Notes: generated by a model not told the origin, from the letters alone. A DNA stretch of 64,000 bases from an uncultured Methanosarcinales archaeon (GCA_964630685.1 CAZVVW010000005.1:1-64000), one strand, 5' to 3'; positions 1-10,180 are shown, numbered from the stretch's first letter. A program made the numbers and translations.

Positions 1-2
1 TG

Positions 3-443
3 AAAAGGATTGAGATAAAAGAATATAAACAGAGCGATTTTAAGTACTTTGAAGGGATAAACGGGGTAAGATCGATGTTCACTGAATTCATCACGAACTG
101 CGAACCAAACACAAAAATGTATATAGCATCAGCACCAATAGCTTACGAAAAATGGAATGCCTTTTTAATAGAATTATTCCACAAACCAAGAATAAAAAAT
201 AATATACATCTACAAATAATAATACCAACAAAACTAAAAAAATACGGAAAAGAAAGGAAAAAACTACGACCAATAGAAATAAAATATTCAGAAACTGAAA
301 TGGAATCAGAATTTGGAGTAACAGAAGATTATGTTTACTTCTTGAGCTACGGAGACAAACCTTATGCATTATTAATAAAAGATAAAAACTTTGCAAACAC
401 ACAAAAAAAGATATTCAAAACAATGTGGAGCGCAATAAAATAG
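3..443 (+). CDS. TrmB-like transcriptional regulator, C-terminal part (5'-truncated by window edge)
   Basis: Frame open from position 3; FEGINGVRSMF and LIKDKNFANTQKKIFKTMW match C-termini of TrmB-like regulators in DPANN/CPR genomes. Confidence 0.6.
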   Translation, partial: KRIEIKEYKQSDFKYFEGINGVRSMFTEFITNCEPNTKMYIASAPIAYEKWNAFLIELFHKPRIKNNIHLQIIIPTKLKKYGKERKKLRPIEIKYSETEMESEFGVTEDYVYFLSYGDKPYALLIKDKNFANTQKKIFKTMWSAIK

Positions 444-479
444 TAACCTTTATAAAACATATATTTCTGCTGAAACAAC

Positions 480-707
480 ATGAAGATACAAAATACACCA
501 ACAAGTACATTATTAGATAATGTTTCAAAGCAATTAAAAGAAATAAAAGAGATTACACCACCAGAATGGTCTAATTTCGTTAAAACCAGCTCTGCTAGAG
601 AAAGGCCCCCCGTAGAAAAAGATTGGTGGTACGCAAGAGCAGCTTCAATTTTAAGAAAGGTATACATTTTAGGACCAATTGGAGTAAACAAATTAAGAAA
701 AAAATAA
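480..707 (+). pseudogene. rps19e: 30S ribosomal protein S19e, truncated (N-terminal half only)
   Basis: PEWSNFVKTS..RERPP..DWWYARAASILRKVY..GPIGVNKLRKK is S19e; stops at 75 aa where YGG.. is expected (full length ~150 aa). Confidence 0.8.
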
Positions 708-722
708 ATAGCGAGGTAGATT

Positions 723-1265
723 ATGATAATAACAATATCTGGAGATCCTGGTTCTGGGAAAAGTACGGTTAGAAATTTATTAGCAGAGAGGTTAGGGTTG
801 AAAAAGTATTCTATAGGGGATTTACGTGGTAAGATGGCTTTGGATAGGGGGCTGGATATTGATGAGTTGAATAAATTAGGTGAAGAAGAAGCATTTACTG
901 ATGAGGACGCAGATAAATATCAAAAAAAATTAGGAAAAGGGGAAGACAATTTTATTATTGATGGAAGGTTGAGTTATCATTTTATACCTAATTCTCTGAA
1001 ATTGTTTTTGAAAGTAAATGTAAGAGAAGGGGCTAAGAGGATTTTTGGAGATAAAAGAGAAGATGAAGGTGATGCTGATAGTGTGGAAGAAGTTGAAGAA
1101 AGAGTGAAGAAAAGAATTGAAAGTGATAAAAGAAGATATCAAAAATATTATGGTCTTGATTATGAAAAAGAAGATAATTATGACTTAATTATTGACACCA
1201 CTGAAATTTCTGCTAAAGAAGCTGCTGATAAGATTGTGAGTTTTATCCAAAAAACATATAAATAG
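723..1265 (+). CDS. cmk: cytidylate kinase (archaeal type)
   Basis: ITISGDPGSGKST P-loop, DGRLS, RYQKYYG, YDLIIDT; RBS GAGGT upstream. Confidence 0.9.
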   Translation: MIITISGDPGSGKSTVRNLLAERLGLKKYSIGDLRGKMALDRGLDIDELNKLGEEEAFTDEDADKYQKKLGKGEDNFIIDGRLSYHFIPNSLKLFLKVNVREGAKRIFGDKREDEGDADSVEEVEERVKKRIESDKRRYQKYYGLDYEKEDNYDLIIDTTEISAKEAADKIVSFIQKTYK

Positions 1266-1281
1266 GGGTTGGATTCTTTTT

Positions 1282-1377
1282 GTAAAATGGCAAAAACAAT
1301 AAGACTTGCTACGCTTCGTCTTAAAGCCTTTGCAATTTTAAAAAATCAATAAAAATTAAGTAAAATGGCAAAAACAA
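1282..1377. repeat. AAGAC/GTCTT hairpin element between 18-bp direct repeats of the slyD start region
   Basis: GTAAAATGGCAAAAACAA at 1282-1299 and 1360-1377; hairpin AAGAC-N12-GTCTT between them. Confidence 0.75.
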
Positions 1378-2021
1378 AGATAAAAGATTTCATAGAAGTT
1401 GATTTTACTGGAAGAATAAAAGAAACCAACGAGGTTTTTGATACTACTGTAGCTAAAATAGCTAAAGATAATGGGCTTACTGATAAAAGTGAGTATAAAC
1501 CAACTGTAATTTGTGTTGGTCAAGGACATTTATTCAAAAAAATTGAAGAACAAATAGTTGGTAAAGAAGCTGGAAGAAATTACAAAGTGGAATTAAGTCC
1601 AGAAGAATCTTTTGGTAAAAAAGATGCTAAATTATTTAGAATGATTCCCGTTTCTGTTTTTAAGAAAAATAAAATGAACCCTGTTCCTGGATTACCTTTA
1701 GAAGTTGATGGAATGAGAGGTATTGTAAGAACTGTTGGTGGTGGAAGATGTATGGTTGATTTTAACCACCCTTTATCTGGAAAAGATGTTGTTTATACCA
1801 TTAAAGTAAATAAGATTGTTAAAGATGTTATTGATAAAGTTAAATCTATAATTGAAATGGATTTAAGGGTTAATGAATTTAAAGTTGAACAAAAAGATAA
1901 AAGTAAGGGTATAAATATTATCTTTGAGGAAAAAGTTGCAAAACATTTCAATGATGAAATGAAAAAAGCAGTTGAGAAAAGGGTTAAAGACTTAGTGGGT
2001 GTTAAAGTAAATATTAAGTGA
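1365..2021 (+). CDS. slyD: FKBP-type peptidyl-prolyl cis-trans isomerase (archaeal long type, SlyD-like)
   Basis: DFIEVDFTGRIKETNEVFDTT, PEESFG, VDFNHPLSGK. Confidence 0.9.
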   Translation: MAKTKIKDFIEVDFTGRIKETNEVFDTTVAKIAKDNGLTDKSEYKPTVICVGQGHLFKKIEEQIVGKEAGRNYKVELSPEESFGKKDAKLFRMIPVSVFKKNKMNPVPGLPLEVDGMRGIVRTVGGGRCMVDFNHPLSGKDVVYTIKVNKIVKDVIDKVKSIIEMDLRVNEFKVEQKDKSKGINIIFEEKVAKHFNDEMKKAVEKRVKDLVGVKVNIK

Positions 2022-2126
2022 TTCTAGGTATATTCATATTGTTCTTCTATATATATTGCTGTACCGAAATGTTTTTAAAAAAGGGTGAGTTAATCTTTAT
2101 TTAAGTAAAACGTGGGGGGAAATAAT

Positions 2127-3764
2127 ATGAGTTCAGTACAACCTATATTTATAATGCCAGAAGATTCAGAAAGAGCTTCTGGAAAAAATGCACAAAAGAT
2201 GAATATTTCTGCTGCCAAACAAGTTGCAGAAGCTGTAAAATCCACTTTAGGTCCTAAAGGAATGGATAAAATGCTTGTTGATTCTATGGGTAATGTTACT
2301 GTTACCAATGATGGAGTTACTATCCTAAATGAAATGTCTATAGAACATCCTTCTGCTAAAATGATTGTTGAAGTCGCAAAAACCCAAGAAACTGAAGTTG
2401 GGGATGGTACTACAACTGCTGTTATTTTGGCTGGTGAATTATTAAAAAAATCGGAAGATTTACTTGATCAAGAAGTTCATCCTACTGTAATCATCAAAGG
2501 GTATAGGATAGCTGCTGAAAAAGCACAGGTTGTACTTAATAATATTGCAGAAAACATTTCCGAACATAATAATGAATTATTAAAAAATATTGCAATTACT
2601 GGTATGACTGGCAAAGGCGCTGAAGTTGCTAAAGAAAAACTTAGTGAACTTGCAATGGGTGCTGTTAAAAGTGTAATGGAAAAAGAAAATGGTTCTATTA
2701 ATATTGATTTGGATAACATTAAAATAGAAAAAAAGGTGGGTGCTTCTGTTGAAGATTCTGAACTTGTTGAAGGGATTATTCTAGATAAAGAAAAAATACA
2801 CCCTGGAATGCCTAGAATTGTAAAAAACGCCAAAGTTGCATTAATTGATTCATCTATTGAAATAAAAAGTACTGAAATAGATGCAAAAATACAAATTACA
2901 GATCCTGGACAAATGCAGGCTTTCTTAGACCAAGAAGAAAAAATGATCAAGGGTATGGTGAATAAAATTGTGAAAAGTGGTGCAAAGGTAGTTTTTTGTC
3001 AAAAAGGGGTTGATGATATTGCTCAACATTTTTTAGCTAAAAATGATATGTATGTTTGTAGGAGAGTTAAAGCGAGTGATATGAAAAAATTAAGCAGAGC
3101 TACTGGCGCCAAAATAATCACAAATTTAGATGACTTGAGCAAAAATGATTTAGGTAATGTGGGAGTTGTTGAAGAATCCAAAGTTGGAGATGAAGAAATG
3201 ACTTATGTTAAAAAATGTAAAAACGCTAAATCTGTTACTTTACTTTTGAGGGGTGGAACAGAACATGTTACTGACGAAATAAAAAGAGCTATGGATGATG
3301 CTGTTGGAGATGTGGCTGCTGCACTTAAAATAGGGAAAATTGTTGGTGGTGCAGGAAGTATTGAGATAGAACTATCACGAAATATTAGTCATTTCGCAAG
3401 TAGCTTGTTTGGACGAGAAAGATTAGCTGTACAAGCTTTTGCTGATGCTATGGAAGTGATTCCGCGAACATTGGCAGAAAATGCAGGGCTTGACCCTATT
3501 GATGTGATTACAGAAATGAAAGCAATGCATGATAAAGGTAAAAAATGGGCTGGCGTTGATGTTATTAGTGGTAGGACAGTTGATGCTTGGAAAAATGGGA
3601 TAATTGAACCTTTGAAGATAAAAACTCAGGCACTTAGTTCTGCAGCTGAAGTTGCTACTATGATTTTAAGGATTGATGATGTAATTATGAGTAATAGTAG
3701 TAAAGAAGGGGGAGCTCCAATGGGAATGCCCTCAGGTGGAATGAGTGGAATGCCTCCCATGTAG
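2127..3764 (+). CDS. ths: thermosome (group II chaperonin) subunit
   Basis: [35 protein letters not shown]-type tail; ATG 2127 after G-rich RBS. Confidence 0.97.
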   Translation: MSSVQPIFIMPEDSERASGKNAQKMNISAAKQVAEAVKSTLGPKGMDKMLVDSMGNVTVTNDGVTILNEMSIEHPSAKMIVEVAKTQETEVGDGTTTAVILAGELLKKSEDLLDQEVHPTVIIKGYRIAAEKAQVVLNNIAENISEHNNELLKNIAITGMTGKGAEVAKEKLSELAMGAVKSVMEKENGSINIDLDNIKIEKKVGASVEDSELVEGIILDKEKIHPGMPRIVKNAKVALIDSSIEIKSTEIDAKIQITDPGQMQAFLDQEEKMIKGMVNKIVKSGAKVVFCQKGVDDIAQHFLAKNDMYVCRRVKASDMKKLSRATGAKIITNLDDLSKNDLGNVGVVEESKVGDEEMTYVKKCKNAKSVTLLLRGGTEHVTDEIKRAMDDAVGDVAAALKIGKIVGGAGSIEIELSRNISHFASSLFGRERLAVQAFADAMEVIPRTLAENAGLDPIDVITEMKAMHDKGKKWAGVDVISGRTVDAWKNGIIEPLKIKTQALSSAAEVATMILRIDDVIMSNSSKEGGAPMGMPSGGMSGMPPM

Positions 3765-3970
3765 GATTGTTTAGTCTACTCATTTGTCTTGATTCTGTTA
3801 TTTTTTTAGGGTGATTTAAAAACTAGTTGAAAAAACTAACTGAAAAAGTGAAGAAATAAAAAAGAATAAGAAAGAATAAAAAAATGGAAAAAATTAATTT
3901 TTTCTGAATAGACCTTTAATTTTGTTTACTGCTCTTGAATACATTGAAGGTTTGTGGTCTGGTTTAGATA

Positions 3971-4870
3971 CTAAATTGGATTTTCTCCTGTTTTATAGAT
4001 GTGAGTTTCATAAAACTGTTTGATCTTTCCAATCAAGTTGGTTTCTTTATTTCCTAATAGTTTTTCTCTCAAATCATTTGCAGATTTTTTTTGTTTCAAA
4101 TAAAGGAATGCATATCCCTCAATTGTAGCTACTTTATCAGCATGACTTAAACCTCTTAGATTAAATATATAATCTCTATTTCCTGTGCTTTCTCTTGAAA
4201 AATAATCTTTTACTTCAGGGGTTATATTAGAATCATTATCTAATTTTTCTCCAAAAGTATTCAGATTTATATCATCCCAATTTGTAGTGTTTTCTTCAAA
4301 TTTATCGATTTCACTTAAAATATAATTCTTAATTTCTGTATTAAAGATATCAAAAATTTGTTTGGTTTCTTCTGTTTTTTCAGCGTATAGTTTAACAAAT
4401 TTCTTTTTTTGTTTTTTAGTAAATAGAGAATCAATAACTTTGTCCTTGAAATGGTCTTTTCTTGCATCTGAAATCTCAATAGTCCCACCAAATAAATGGT
4501 CTTTTCTTAAATAATTTAAATCTTCTTCTGAATGTAATTTATCTAACCACTTATCAACTGCAACTACTGTTTGTTCGTATTTAGCTAAAGGGGCTAAAGA
4601 TTCACTACATTCATAATTTCCATTTTTTATAGCTTCCAAATCATTATCTAATGATTTAATTTGGGTTCTATAATTTCTTGAATTTAAATTAAAATCTTGT
4701 TCAAAAGAACTTCTATCAGCTTTTATATCATTAATAATTGTATTTAAATTTCTTGTTGGTTGTGTAGCTCCTGTATGATAAATTGGATCTAGAGAAGTTA
4801 CTGGCGAAACAAAAGATTGAGTAATAAACAATTGATTATAATCTCTTGCTATGGGCTTATTATTCATCAA
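3971..4870 (-). CDS. hypothetical protein (possibly frameshifted 5' end)
   Basis: 299-aa ORF, no recognisable motif. Confidence 0.6.
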   Translation of the reverse strand: MMNNKPIARDYNQLFITQSFVSPVTSLDPIYHTGATQPTRNLNTIINDIKADRSSFEQDFNLNSRNYRTQIKSLDNDLEAIKNGNYECSESLAPLAKYEQTVVAVDKWLDKLHSEEDLNYLRKDHLFGGTIEISDARKDHFKDKVIDSLFTKKQKKKFVKLYAEKTEETKQIFDIFNTEIKNYILSEIDKFEENTTNWDDINLNTFGEKLDNDSNITPEVKDYFSRESTGNRDYIFNLRGLSHADKVATIEGYAFLYLKQKKSANDLREKLLGNKETNLIGKIKQFYETHIYKTGENPI

Positions 4871-5302
4871 ATTAACTGGAGAAGATGTGTCTGGTAAAGA
4901 ATATATTTTTTTAGTTTTAAATGACTCTTATCTAAATTTTTGATTTTAAAATAATTTTTTCCGAATAAATCAAGAACATTTTGATTTAAATCTTTATTGA
5001 TTTTATAATTAAATGAATTTCTTCTATTTTTAAAATATTTTTTATTTTTCCTATAAGTGACATTTTTTCACCTCCTCAAATGGTGTAACCATTATTGAGT
5101 AATTACTTAATAGTAGTAACTTATTTATAAGTCTTTCTGTTTTTTTCTGAAAATCTTTCAGAAATGTGTTTAGCGCTTTTTTTATGAAATATTGTATTAA
5201 CTTAGATATAATCTTTTTAAAAAACGAAAACATTATAAATTAATAAACAATTAGTTGTGTTAAGTTTAAGGATATTTATATTCAAAAAAAGTGGTGATTA
5301 AT

Positions 5303-5794
5303 ATGGCTGATAAAGAACCTTTTGAAATTGTACCTAAAAAAGAAGTTGATGATCTTAAAAAAGATGTTAAGGAACTCAAAGAAAATCCCTTGGGATCTAG
5401 TTCTTCTGGTAATGAGTTAATTAATTCTGTTGGTAGATTAACTCAAAGTATGGATAATATGTTTGAATTGTTCAAGGTTGCTAATAAAGAAATAAAAGAA
5501 GAAGCGAGCACTCTTGAATTTATTAAAAAAATTACACCTTTGTTTGATAATCTAAATAAAAAATTAGATCATTTGACAGAACAGCATGATAAAATTGCTG
5601 AAGGTATTGTTGCAGTTGCAGAAATGGCGAAAGAGATTAAGGACAGGAATGTGCCTGTAATTCAAAAAACAAAAGAACCAGCCTATGAAGCTGCTGCAAA
5701 ACCTATTCCTGCACCAAGACCTGGAAGAATGGCTCCTCCTTCAGCTGGAATGAGGCCTGCGCCAGGAAGACCTCCGATTGCACCCCCAAGATAA
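5303..5794 (+). CDS. hypothetical coiled-coil protein with Pro-rich tail
   Basis: ORF with GGTGA RBS; helical body then PAPRPG../PPIAPPR tail. Confidence 0.7.
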   Translation: MADKEPFEIVPKKEVDDLKKDVKELKENPLGSSSSGNELINSVGRLTQSMDNMFELFKVANKEIKEEASTLEFIKKITPLFDNLNKKLDHLTEQHDKIAEGIVAVAEMAKEIKDRNVPVIQKTKEPAYEAAAKPIPAPRPGRMAPPSAGMRPAPGRPPIAPPR

Positions 5795-5795
5795 G

Positions 5796-6365
5796 ATGGT
5801 GGAAGAAACGGATTCTAATAATGAGAAAGAAATAGATATTAAGAGAGTAAAATATTTTTTAAAGCATGTTTTTGGAGCACATAAAAAAGTCGATGATAGA
5901 AATAAAGCACGGGATGAGTTAAATAATCATTTTGAAAAACTGAGGAACACGCCAGGGATTAGTAAAACAAAAAGGATTAATGATGGATTGGATGTGCTTA
6001 GAGAAAAAATGCACAATGTGCTGAAAAAAGAGAAAGATATTATTTCTTATCGTGAAATTGAATCTGAAAAAATTGCTGGTTTAATGGAAGAGGTAAGAGT
6101 TTTGAAAGAGGAATTAACCAAAGTTAAAGATGAAAAAAAATCTAAAGTTGTTGAAGTCAAAGAAAAGATTGTTAAAAATAATAAACCCAAACCTCTTCAA
6201 GTAAAAACTAAAAAACCATCAAAAACAGTAAGATTACTTAAAGATAAAATAAAAGAATTGGAACTTGTTCATAAAAAATTCAAAAAAAGTGGAAAACATA
6301 AAAAAGAATTAAAGATAATTGAAACTAAATTAAAATCATTTAAAGCTAAACTTAAAAAATCTTAA
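5796..6365 (+). CDS. hypothetical basic coiled-coil protein
   Basis: Lys/Glu-rich ORF starting 1 nt after the preceding stop. Confidence 0.65.
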   Translation: MVEETDSNNEKEIDIKRVKYFLKHVFGAHKKVDDRNKARDELNNHFEKLRNTPGISKTKRINDGLDVLREKMHNVLKKEKDIISYREIESEKIAGLMEEVRVLKEELTKVKDEKKSKVVEVKEKIVKNNKPKPLQVKTKKPSKTVRLLKDKIKELELVHKKFKKSGKHKKELKIIETKLKSFKAKLKKS

Positions 6366-6532
6366 AGATCTTTCGCCATAACTGTTTTTCTGCCATTAGA
6401 TTCTGCACGAGAAATCGCTTCTATAATAAGTTTTTGCACTTTACTATTTAATGCGTCTGCAAAATCGCCTGCAACATTGTATTTTCCAACAACATTCTTT
6501 ATATTTGATTTAACTATTAAATTGTCTGACAT
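6362..6532 (-). CDS. small histone-fold protein (DUF1931/face-to-face-like), 56 aa; not in ORF track
   Basis: MSDNLIVKSNIKNVVGKYNVAGDFADALNSKVQKLIIEAISRAESNGRKTVMAKDL; histone RKTVxxxD motif; AGGTGAT RBS. Confidence 0.85.
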   Translation of the reverse strand: MSDNLIVKSNIKNVVGKYNVAGDFADALNSKVQKLIIEAISRAESNGRKTVMAKDL

Positions 6533-6590
6533 TTGTATCACCTGTGTTATTATTTGTGAAAGTAATTTATAAATTTTTGTCTTATTTTAT

Positions 6591-6705
6591 TTATTTATGG
6601 CAACAAGAAGACTATTGTCTTCAGGTAGCTATAAATGATTCTTATTTATGGCAACAAGAAGACTATTGTCTTCAGGTAGCTATAAATGATTCTTATTTAT
6701 GGCAA
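6591..6705. repeat. two exact 51-bp tandem copies of an AAGAC/GTCTT hairpin element at the gltX stop
   Basis: 6591-6641 = 6642-6692; each begins TTATTTATGGCAA, the same 13-mer as the gltX 3' end (6693-6705). Confidence 0.9.
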
Positions 6706-8390
6706 AACCAAAACACTAATTTATTTTTTGATTTTTTATCTAATCTGCAGAAGCCAAAACGCTCAAACTGAATAATATCGCCTTCTTTAAGTTTAGATGT
6801 TAATGGTTCTGCTAACCCTTTTAAGGTTGTATTGTTAGGCATTAGTACTTCTACTATTGTTAACTTCTCTTCTGTTGGGAGCCAATGTATAATCTCATCT
6901 CCTTTTTGCCTATAGGATTCTGGCGAAGTTGAATCAAAAACTAATTTTTTTCCTTGTTTTTGGAAAGTTAAACAATCCATCAATCTGTATAGTTTTTTAT
7001 CTTTTAATGTATCTGAATCTTCTTTAGTTATGTAAAAAGAATCGCTGGTTTTTAATGTCCTATTGCCTCTTTTAGGGTAATCTGGATGAAGTTTCAATTT
7101 TACTTCTCTTTTTTCTGCTTTTTCTATTTTAATCTTTATGGGGTTGGGGATGAAAAAGTAACGATTACTTTTTAGCTCAAGAATTGATTTATTGAAGGAG
7201 TTTAGTGCTTTAAAAAATTCTTTTGATGTGATTACTTTGTCTACTAAAGATAATCCAATTTGTTTGGTGTATTCAATAAATGCATTTGGTTGATACCCCC
7301 TCCTTCTAAGCGCTTCTAAAAAAGGAAGTCTTATATCATCCCAACCAGAAAAATCGCCTTTTTCTATTCTTTCTTTAGTTTTACTACAAGAGATTTCTAA
7401 GCCTTTGAATTTGTACCTTCCAATAAAATATGTTTTAGGAATTTGTTTATTGAGCACTTTATACATTAATTCTTGTCTTTTGGCATTATCTGCATGGTCT
7501 TTTCCACGAATTATGTGGGTCATTCCTGCTGAAATATCATCAACAGTTACTGAAAAATTCATTAAGGGCCAAACCCTGTATTTGGTGCCTTGTCTTGGAT
7601 GTTTTGATTCATTTATTCTTGCTAAAGGAAAATCCCTCATTGCTGGATTGTTGTGCGCCATGTCTGCTTTAAATCTTAAAACTGCTTCTCCTTGTTTGAA
7701 TCCTTTTTTGTTAAGCATTTTTTCCCATCTTTCAATATTTTCTGTTATTGAAAAATATCTGCAAGGGCAATTTTCTTTATTTTTTGAATATTGTTTGAAT
7801 TTTTCAGGATCACATGTACAAACATATGCTTTGCCTTTTTTTATGAATTTTTCAGCATATTTGTAATAAGTTTCCATCCTATCTGACTGAATCCATACTT
7901 CCGATACATTTCCAAATATCCAATCAGCATCTCTTGGTAATAGTTTGTATGCTGGAATATAGATATTGTCTGGATTTGTATCTTCAATTCTCAGTATGAA
8001 TTTTCCTTTGTATTTTTTGGTGTAAAGAGAAGTCAGTGCCCCTGTGATTGCATGTCCTATATGCATAGGTCCAGAAGGCGATGGTGCTAAACGCATTATG
8101 ACTCCATTTTCTGTATTTTCTAGCTCTTTTAGCTTTTTTTCTTCTTTTGGTCTGGTTTCTAACAGTTCTGGAGCTAATTTTTTTAATTGGTTTAGTTGTG
8201 CTTCTTGAGGTAGGGAATTTACTTCACTAATTATTTTATTTATCTCTGGAACAAGAGTTTTCATATCATTTTTAGCAGAAGGAATGTCTCCAATTATTTT
8301 TGGAATTACACTCTTTAGTTGTGCCTTTCCCTTATATTTAACAGCATTTTGAAGAGTATATTTTAGCACTACTTTTTTTATATTGGGCAT
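6693..8390 (-). CDS. gltX: glutamate--tRNA ligase (archaeal type)
   Basis: RLAPSPSGPMHIGH, LRIEDTNP, THIIRGKDH, GWDDIRL, IQFERFGFCRLD. Confidence 0.97.
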   Translation of the reverse strand: MPNIKKVVLKYTLQNAVKYKGKAQLKSVIPKIIGDIPSAKNDMKTLVPEINKIISEVNSLPQEAQLNQLKKLAPELLETRPKEEKKLKELENTENGVIMRLAPSPSGPMHIGHAITGALTSLYTKKYKGKFILRIEDTNPDNIYIPAYKLLPRDADWIFGNVSEVWIQSDRMETYYKYAEKFIKKGKAYVCTCDPEKFKQYSKNKENCPCRYFSITENIERWEKMLNKKGFKQGEAVLRFKADMAHNNPAMRDFPLARINESKHPRQGTKYRVWPLMNFSVTVDDISAGMTHIIRGKDHADNAKRQELMYKVLNKQIPKTYFIGRYKFKGLEISCSKTKERIEKGDFSGWDDIRLPFLEALRRRGYQPNAFIEYTKQIGLSLVDKVITSKEFFKALNSFNKSILELKSNRYFFIPNPIKIKIEKAEKREVKLKLHPDYPKRGNRTLKTSDSFYITKEDSDTLKDKKLYRLMDCLTFQKQGKKLVFDSTSPESYRQKGDEIIHWLPTEEKLTIVEVLMPNNTTLKGLAEPLTSKLKEGDIIQFERFGFCRLDKKSKNKLVFWFCHK

Positions 8391-8511
8391 ATAGTGTTTA
8401 AGAGATAACCTGTATAAAAATCTTTCTTATATCTCTGTTTTTCTAAAAATATGGGGACTTTTAGAAAGATTTATAAATTAAGTAGGGGTTATAGAGTATC
8501 CGAGGGAAACC

Positions 8512-8706
8512 ATGGGACGAATAAAAACACAATTAGTAAAAAGGATAACAAACGATTTAATTAAAGCACATAGTAAAGAACTTAAAAAGGACTTTGATGA
8601 AAACAAAGGAATTATAGGAAAATTTGCAAAAATTCCCTCTACAAAGATGAGAAATGTGATTGCGGGATATGTGACTAGAAGAATGAAAAATGATGAAGAT
8701 TTATAA
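8512..8706 (+). CDS. rps17e: 30S ribosomal protein S17e
   Basis: MGRIKT..VKR, DFDENK, STKMRNVIAGYVT. Confidence 0.95.
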   Translation: MGRIKTQLVKRITNDLIKAHSKELKKDFDENKGIIGKFAKIPSTKMRNVIAGYVTRRMKNDEDL

Positions 8707-8750
8707 TCATTTTTAGCTGAAATAAAATAATAACTAGTGAGGTAACTAAT

Positions 8751-9032
8751 ATGGGATCAGACAACTCGATTTTTGTTGGCGGAAAGCCTTTTATGAACTA
8801 TGTGACTGGAATAGTTATGCAATTTACTACAAAAGGTGCTGAAGAAGTTATAGTGAAGGCAAGAGGTAAGTTTATTTCTCGAGCAGTGGATATATCTGAA
8901 GTAACAACTAAAAGATTCTTAAAAGACCAAGTAAAAGTAATTGGTATTGAAATAGACTCAGAAGAATTCAAAAACAAAGAAGGCAAAGACGTAAGGGTTT
9001 CGACAATAGAAATCACTTTGAAAAAAGAATAA
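8751..9032 (+). CDS. albA: DNA/RNA-binding protein Alba
   Basis: IFVGGKPFMNYV, VKARGKFISRAVD, VSTIEITL. Confidence 0.95.
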   Translation: MGSDNSIFVGGKPFMNYVTGIVMQFTTKGAEEVIVKARGKFISRAVDISEVTTKRFLKDQVKVIGIEIDSEEFKNKEGKDVRVSTIEITLKKE

Positions 9033-9049
9033 TTGATTGATGAGCGACC

Positions 9050-9163
9050 ATGAAATTAATAAAATTAACAAGAGTAGTCTGGGGTGAACTCAAGGAACTA
9101 TTCAAAAAGAAAGAAGCTAAATATCTTTGGGTAGGGCCTGGTAAGAACCCTTTTGAGAATTAA
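9050..9163 (+). CDS. putative 37-aa microprotein
   Basis: MKLIKLTRVVWGELKELFKKKEAKYLWVGPGKNPFEN directly after alba, followed by a T-rich tract. Confidence 0.45.
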   Translation: MKLIKLTRVVWGELKELFKKKEAKYLWVGPGKNPFEN

Positions 9164-9231
9164 TTTTTTCTTTATTTTTACTTATTTTTACATTACTTTT
9201 TTATATTAAAGATTCTTTTAATATTAGTTAT

Positions 9232-9305
9232 GGCCCTATAGCATAACCTGGATAGTGCATCCGGCTTCGGACCGGCTGATGAGGGTTCGAATCCCTCTAG
9301 GGTCA
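9232..9305 (+). tRNA. tRNA-Arg(TCG)
   Basis: Acceptor GGCCCTA/TAGGGTC, anticodon loop CT-TCG-GA, T-arm GAGGG-TTCGAAT-CCCTC; CCA not encoded. Confidence 0.9.
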
Positions 9306-9387
9306 TTTTTTATTTTAATCTAGATAAAATCACCTAAGAAAAAGAAAAAAAATTGTATTAAAATTTGGTTCTTGTTGATTATTTATT

Positions 9388-9567
9388 CTATTTATTTATT
9401 GCTTTTTGGAATTTGTGGATTCCTATGATGAGGAAAGCTACAGTCCACCAATTCAATGCCCAAAAACTCCACCATCCTAAATCTTGACCTAGATATAAAA
9501 TACCTACAATCAAAACAAGAAGTCCCCAAGTTTTTGAAGAGTGGCAACAACATTCTTTTTTAGCCAT
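9388..9567 (-). CDS. small membrane protein
   Basis: GGAGGT RBS; two hydrophobic, Trp-rich segments. Confidence 0.7.
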   Translation of the reverse strand: MAKKECCCHSSKTWGLLVLIVGILYLGQDLGWWSFWALNWWTVAFLIIGIHKFQKAINK

Positions 9568-9649
9568 ATCGATTACCTCCAATATTTTTGTTTTATGATT
9601 ATCTTATCAATTAATGAAAACTATTTTATGTTAATTATAATAAAATTTA

Positions 9650-9931
9650 TCAAGGTGATTGTTGACAGTTGTATAAGAATACTGCTTTCTCATTTCCGGT
9701 TTTTACAACAGTTGCAGAACAATATTCTCTTTCTTCAAATTCCCCTTCTGTCAAATTCATTATTTGGCCCTCTCTGATATCTGTAAGCACATCTATTGCT
9801 TCTCCAGCTAAAGAAGAAGTTTTACCAAGACTAAATAGAAATATAAACGATGCTAAAATAGCAAAAGCGATTACTCCAACAAGAACTATCTTTAAGGTTT
9901 TATCGACATCTAAATCACTCTTTTTTGGCAT
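9650..9931 (-). CDS. hypothetical membrane-anchored protein
   Basis: N-terminal TM helix, upstream TATA-like TTTATATA. Confidence 0.6.
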   Translation of the reverse strand: MPKKSDLDVDKTLKIVLVGVIAFAILASFIFLFSLGKTSSLAGEAIDVLTDIREGQIMNLTEGEFEEREYCSATVVKTGNEKAVFLYNCQQSP

Positions 9932-10180
9932 TTTAAAGACTAAGAATGGTAAATATATAAAAGTTTCGGAAAACCAAAAATTTATTAATGAATGATGTTT
10001 AAATTATTTTAGAATGGTGGTGATATGAAAAGAACATTTATTCTTTCAAATAGGGTGTTTCTTAAAAAGGGAGTTATACTATTACTTATCTTACAAATAT
10101 TTTGTGAATAATGTATTTATGTGCTTAATTGTCTTGCAAAAGAAAGACAATTAATTAAAAACCTTGGAGGTGTTTGGTGA

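Noticed and set aside
2477..2950. Antisense ORFs in the track (also 7405-7866, 24313-24624, 45333-45734, 59963-60397 and similar)
   Set aside because: Shadow frames opposite well-supported genes.
6591..6705. CRISPR array
   Set aside because: Units are identical head-to-tail with no unique spacers; no cas genes in the window.
6544..6771. 75-aa ORF with repeated peptide
   Set aside because: By-product of the 51-bp repeat, antisense to the gltX end.
10025..10111. 28-aa ORF with GGTGGTGA RBS
   Set aside because: Too short and featureless to support.
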